A stretch of 63,927 nt of DNA, the filler included, from Bigelowiella natans CCMP2755 (taxonomy: Eukaryota > Protista > Cercozoa), in NCBI GenBank assembly GCA_000320545.1. It is 3 parts of 3 records of this genome, joined end to end, with 100 filler letters (N's around TTAATTAATTAA, not from the genome) between each part and the next. Parts side by side here need not be neighbours in the genome. Positions count along the whole stretch, not along the records: positions 60,804 to 63,927 come from ADNK01001692.1; 2 more parts are not named here. The stretch is one strand, 5' to 3'. The notes beneath the pieces are model-generated. The model did not search any database. It was not told the DNA's origin and saw only the letters and a program-made list of their open reading frames with translations. Shown in pieces: positions 61,212-63,927 of the stretch (positions within the stretch are counted from its first letter, which is position 1; every line of letters starts with the position of its first letter). A program made the position numbers and the translations under genes.

Positions 61212-63927
61212 ACAATACACGGAGTGTGTGGTTATTTTCTATACTTGAATCTTGCCAGTGGCAGGGAGACTCCCAGCACGTCATTGACGATTTCAAGCTC
61301 GGCCCCTTCAAGAGTGACTTGGATGTACTGCTCTCCTGGCACCGCAGGGGAGGACGCAGTAGCAGCATCACCTTCACGACCAGCAGCAGTAGCAGCAGCA
61401 CCTTCTTCTCCCTGCGGCTTCGCCGACTTGGTTAGAGCAGCAGCCTTATCTGTGGGCTCATCCTCAAGGATCTCCAGTCGCGACACACCTGCATAGTAAC
61501 AATACAGAGCCAGGGGGGGGGGGAGATGGTGCATTCAGCATCGAACCAGGAAGAAGCAGTGTTCTCGCAAACCCCTCCCCCATTTCAACAAGCAGGCCGT
61601 AATGGTGCTCGTGGCGACTTCGGTGAGTAATAATTACTATGAAACTTGCTACCGCTCTGGAGATTTGCCCACGTCACCGGCGCAACCGCATACTCATCAG
61701 CACTGAGAATGTGGATAGCCGCGCCAAGGGCAGCATCGTCCGCCTTCTTCTCCGCGCCGGAGAGAGACTTCTGCTCATCAACAAACGAATCTGGCTCTTC
61801 TTCTTCCTCCCCTCCCGTCACGGCATTGCTGCCCAGCGAGCCCACGCAAGCGAGCACCTGCAAGAATGTCCACCCTTTTTTTCAAATCTTGTGTCTAGCT
61901 TCATTCACGATCGCTTTTTCGAGCGTGAACGAGTTGCGGCCGCAGTAGGTATCATTATCGGTTTTGAAATATATATACGTGTGTGTGTATGTTCCAACCA
62001 AAGTAGACGATGTTTGAACAAAATAATCCTACTCTTTTTCGTGATACGGCAATAGAGGGGGGAGGGGATTCGTTCGCAAATCTCACAGGGAAAATACCAG
62101 AGCGTAGTCTTGGTAGCCAATCCGGATGGACGTGTGCTTTCCTCTCACGAACACTCTCATCAGCGGGGCGTTGGGGATCATCGAGCTCTTCGTCTGCAGC
62201 ACCGCCACCTATGGTGTGTGAGGAAGTGCAGAGCATCATCCGTGATTAAACGTGAAGGCACGTAGTAACTATCACCACCATCGTTCCACCGAGCATATGC
62301 ATTCCTATTCTTATATCTGTTTCTCCCCCCCCCCCCCCCCCCCCTCTCCGTCTCTTCTTCGTCTTTTTCTTCTTCTTCTGTAGCATCGTCGCTCTGCTGC
62401 GCGTTGGCATTACATCGATTCCTGTCGGGCCAAGGATGATGTCGTTGTCCTCCAGGCCGCTCAGCTGCTTCTTGAGCGAGGTCTTCCTCTCGATCTCGTG
62501 GTTGAAGATATACACATCGGACAGAGAGGCCGAGACCTTAAGACTGCCATCAGCTGTGTTGCGGAAAAGGAAGGGGGGGGGGGGGGGGGGATGGGGCGAC
62601 ATAGGGGAGAATGTATATGTTAGGATCTCGGTGATAGAAGACGATTCATTCTTCCACAGATGATCGGCAGATGTCATATCTCCCCCACCTTTGATTCCTG
62701 CCTCTGCGCCGATTTCCCAACGCACCGCCATTGCAGGGGACACCTGTGTTTGGAGGAGCAAATCTCACCATCTCGCCAACAAGGGCATAGGTATTTGACG
62801 ACAGCTAGTCATGCCAACAACCACTACTCACGACGACACACATCCAAACAAGCAGAGCCTGCAATGCTTGTCGGTCCTGCAACACGCCGCCACTCTGCTA
62901 AACGCGCGCGCGAGGAAGAGACAAGGAGGAAGAGGAGGAAAAGGAAGAGGAGAGGGAGGCGGAGAAGGAGGAGCACCCGTCCTCACCAACCTGAGCGAGA
63001 GGGTCTTTCAGCAGCAATACAGCCATTTCCTTAAATCGGATCTTGAATAGCATTTCTTGGCCACTACCGCCTTCACTCCCTGCCCCCCCCTCCTTGGCTA
63101 CGGCGTCTGATGGCCCTCTTCCTGCAACGGAGCTCTTCCTCCTCCTCCTCCTCCTCCTCCTCTTTTTCTTTTTCGCTGAAGGCGCTGCAGGGGCTACTGT
63201 TGTGGCGCGACGGCGCCCTCCCCCTCCTGCTGCTCCGTCCCCTTGTCGGCCGAAGACATGCGGCTCTTGGAAGTTGCCAGAGACGAGCGAGTTGATGAAG
63301 TTTATCTGCGCCCCCGACACGACGAGGGGGATGGGGTCAATGACCGAGTCGACCAGCATGTCCCAACCAGCAGCAGCAGATTCGAATGATGATGTTGATG
63401 AAGATGCCTGACGAGAAAGAACAACGTTAGGAAAGAGGATTATCAGTTGATGGGGCTCGTTCATGCGGTGTCGCGACTAGACAGGAATCCACCCGCCGAA
63501 CTTCGGTGTTTATTATTTCATTCCCCCGGCCTCTCAACATCGACATTCCACATCAGCCTCCCACCACACGCACCTGCGTTCCCTTCGCCACCTTTGTCTG
63601 CGCGACAACTCGCAGCAGCTCCAGGTTCATCTCTGGCAGCAGCAGCAGGGTGAGGTTCTTGCCGCCGCCAAGGTCGGTAAATATCCTTGCCCCGGGCTCT
63701 CCCGCCGGGGTGTTGGGGTCGTACATCTGCACGCGAATGACGTCCGCGAGAGCCCCGCTCGGGCCCCGCGCCCCCCCCTTGCCGTTTTGCATGCCGCTGA
63801 CGTCTCGTAGCTCGGAGGACGCTTTGATCTTGGCGAGGTCAAAGTGGACGGACTTGGTCGACCTAGAAGATGAAGGCGAAGGGGGGGGGGGGGGGGGGGG
63901 GGAGAAAAATTCCTTTATGTTTTTCGT
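60804..63927 (-). CDS. VPS13-family lipid transfer protein, internal fragment
   Basis: MLVDSVIDPIPLVVSGAQINFINSLVSGNFQE, MLFKIRFKEMAVLLLKD, LKVSASLSDVYIFNHE and IQVTLEGAELEIVNDVLGVSLPLARFK are typical VPS13 beta-groove segments. Confidence 0.65.

Overview
Gene-dense, intron-rich eukaryotic (protist) nuclear DNA. It consists of three contig pieces joined by artificial 100-nt N/TTAATTAATTAA/N linkers (31409-31508, 60704-60803). The short GT-AG introns, microsatellite-filled introns and signal-peptide/LRGG presequences suggest a secondary-plastid alga, possibly a chlorarachniophyte; this is inference only. About 17 genes are visible, almost strictly alternating in strand. Recognisable ones: NFKBIL1-like ankyrin protein, PDHB, S1-domain protein, SRSF3/7-like SR protein, TPR protein, coiled-coil protein, BLTP1/KIAA1109-like, F-BAR-SH3, DH-domain RhoGEF, ribonucleotide reductase small subunit, KNL1/Spc105, tandem TKL kinase and VPS13-like. 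The most striking signals are non-coding. (1) A 1.5-kb island (20509-22051) has almost no TpA (7 left, all CTA, 6 CTAG), with CA/TG in its place; it looks like a 'reverse-RIP' TpA->CpA/TpG hypermutation footprint. (2) All seven convergent intergenic spacers carry palindromic (GCTA)n/CATG-rich tracts. (3) A conserved ~44-nt bipartite hairpin motif occurs 5 times in those spacers, always in the sense orientation of the nearest gene end. Exon boundaries were read by eye and are approximate.
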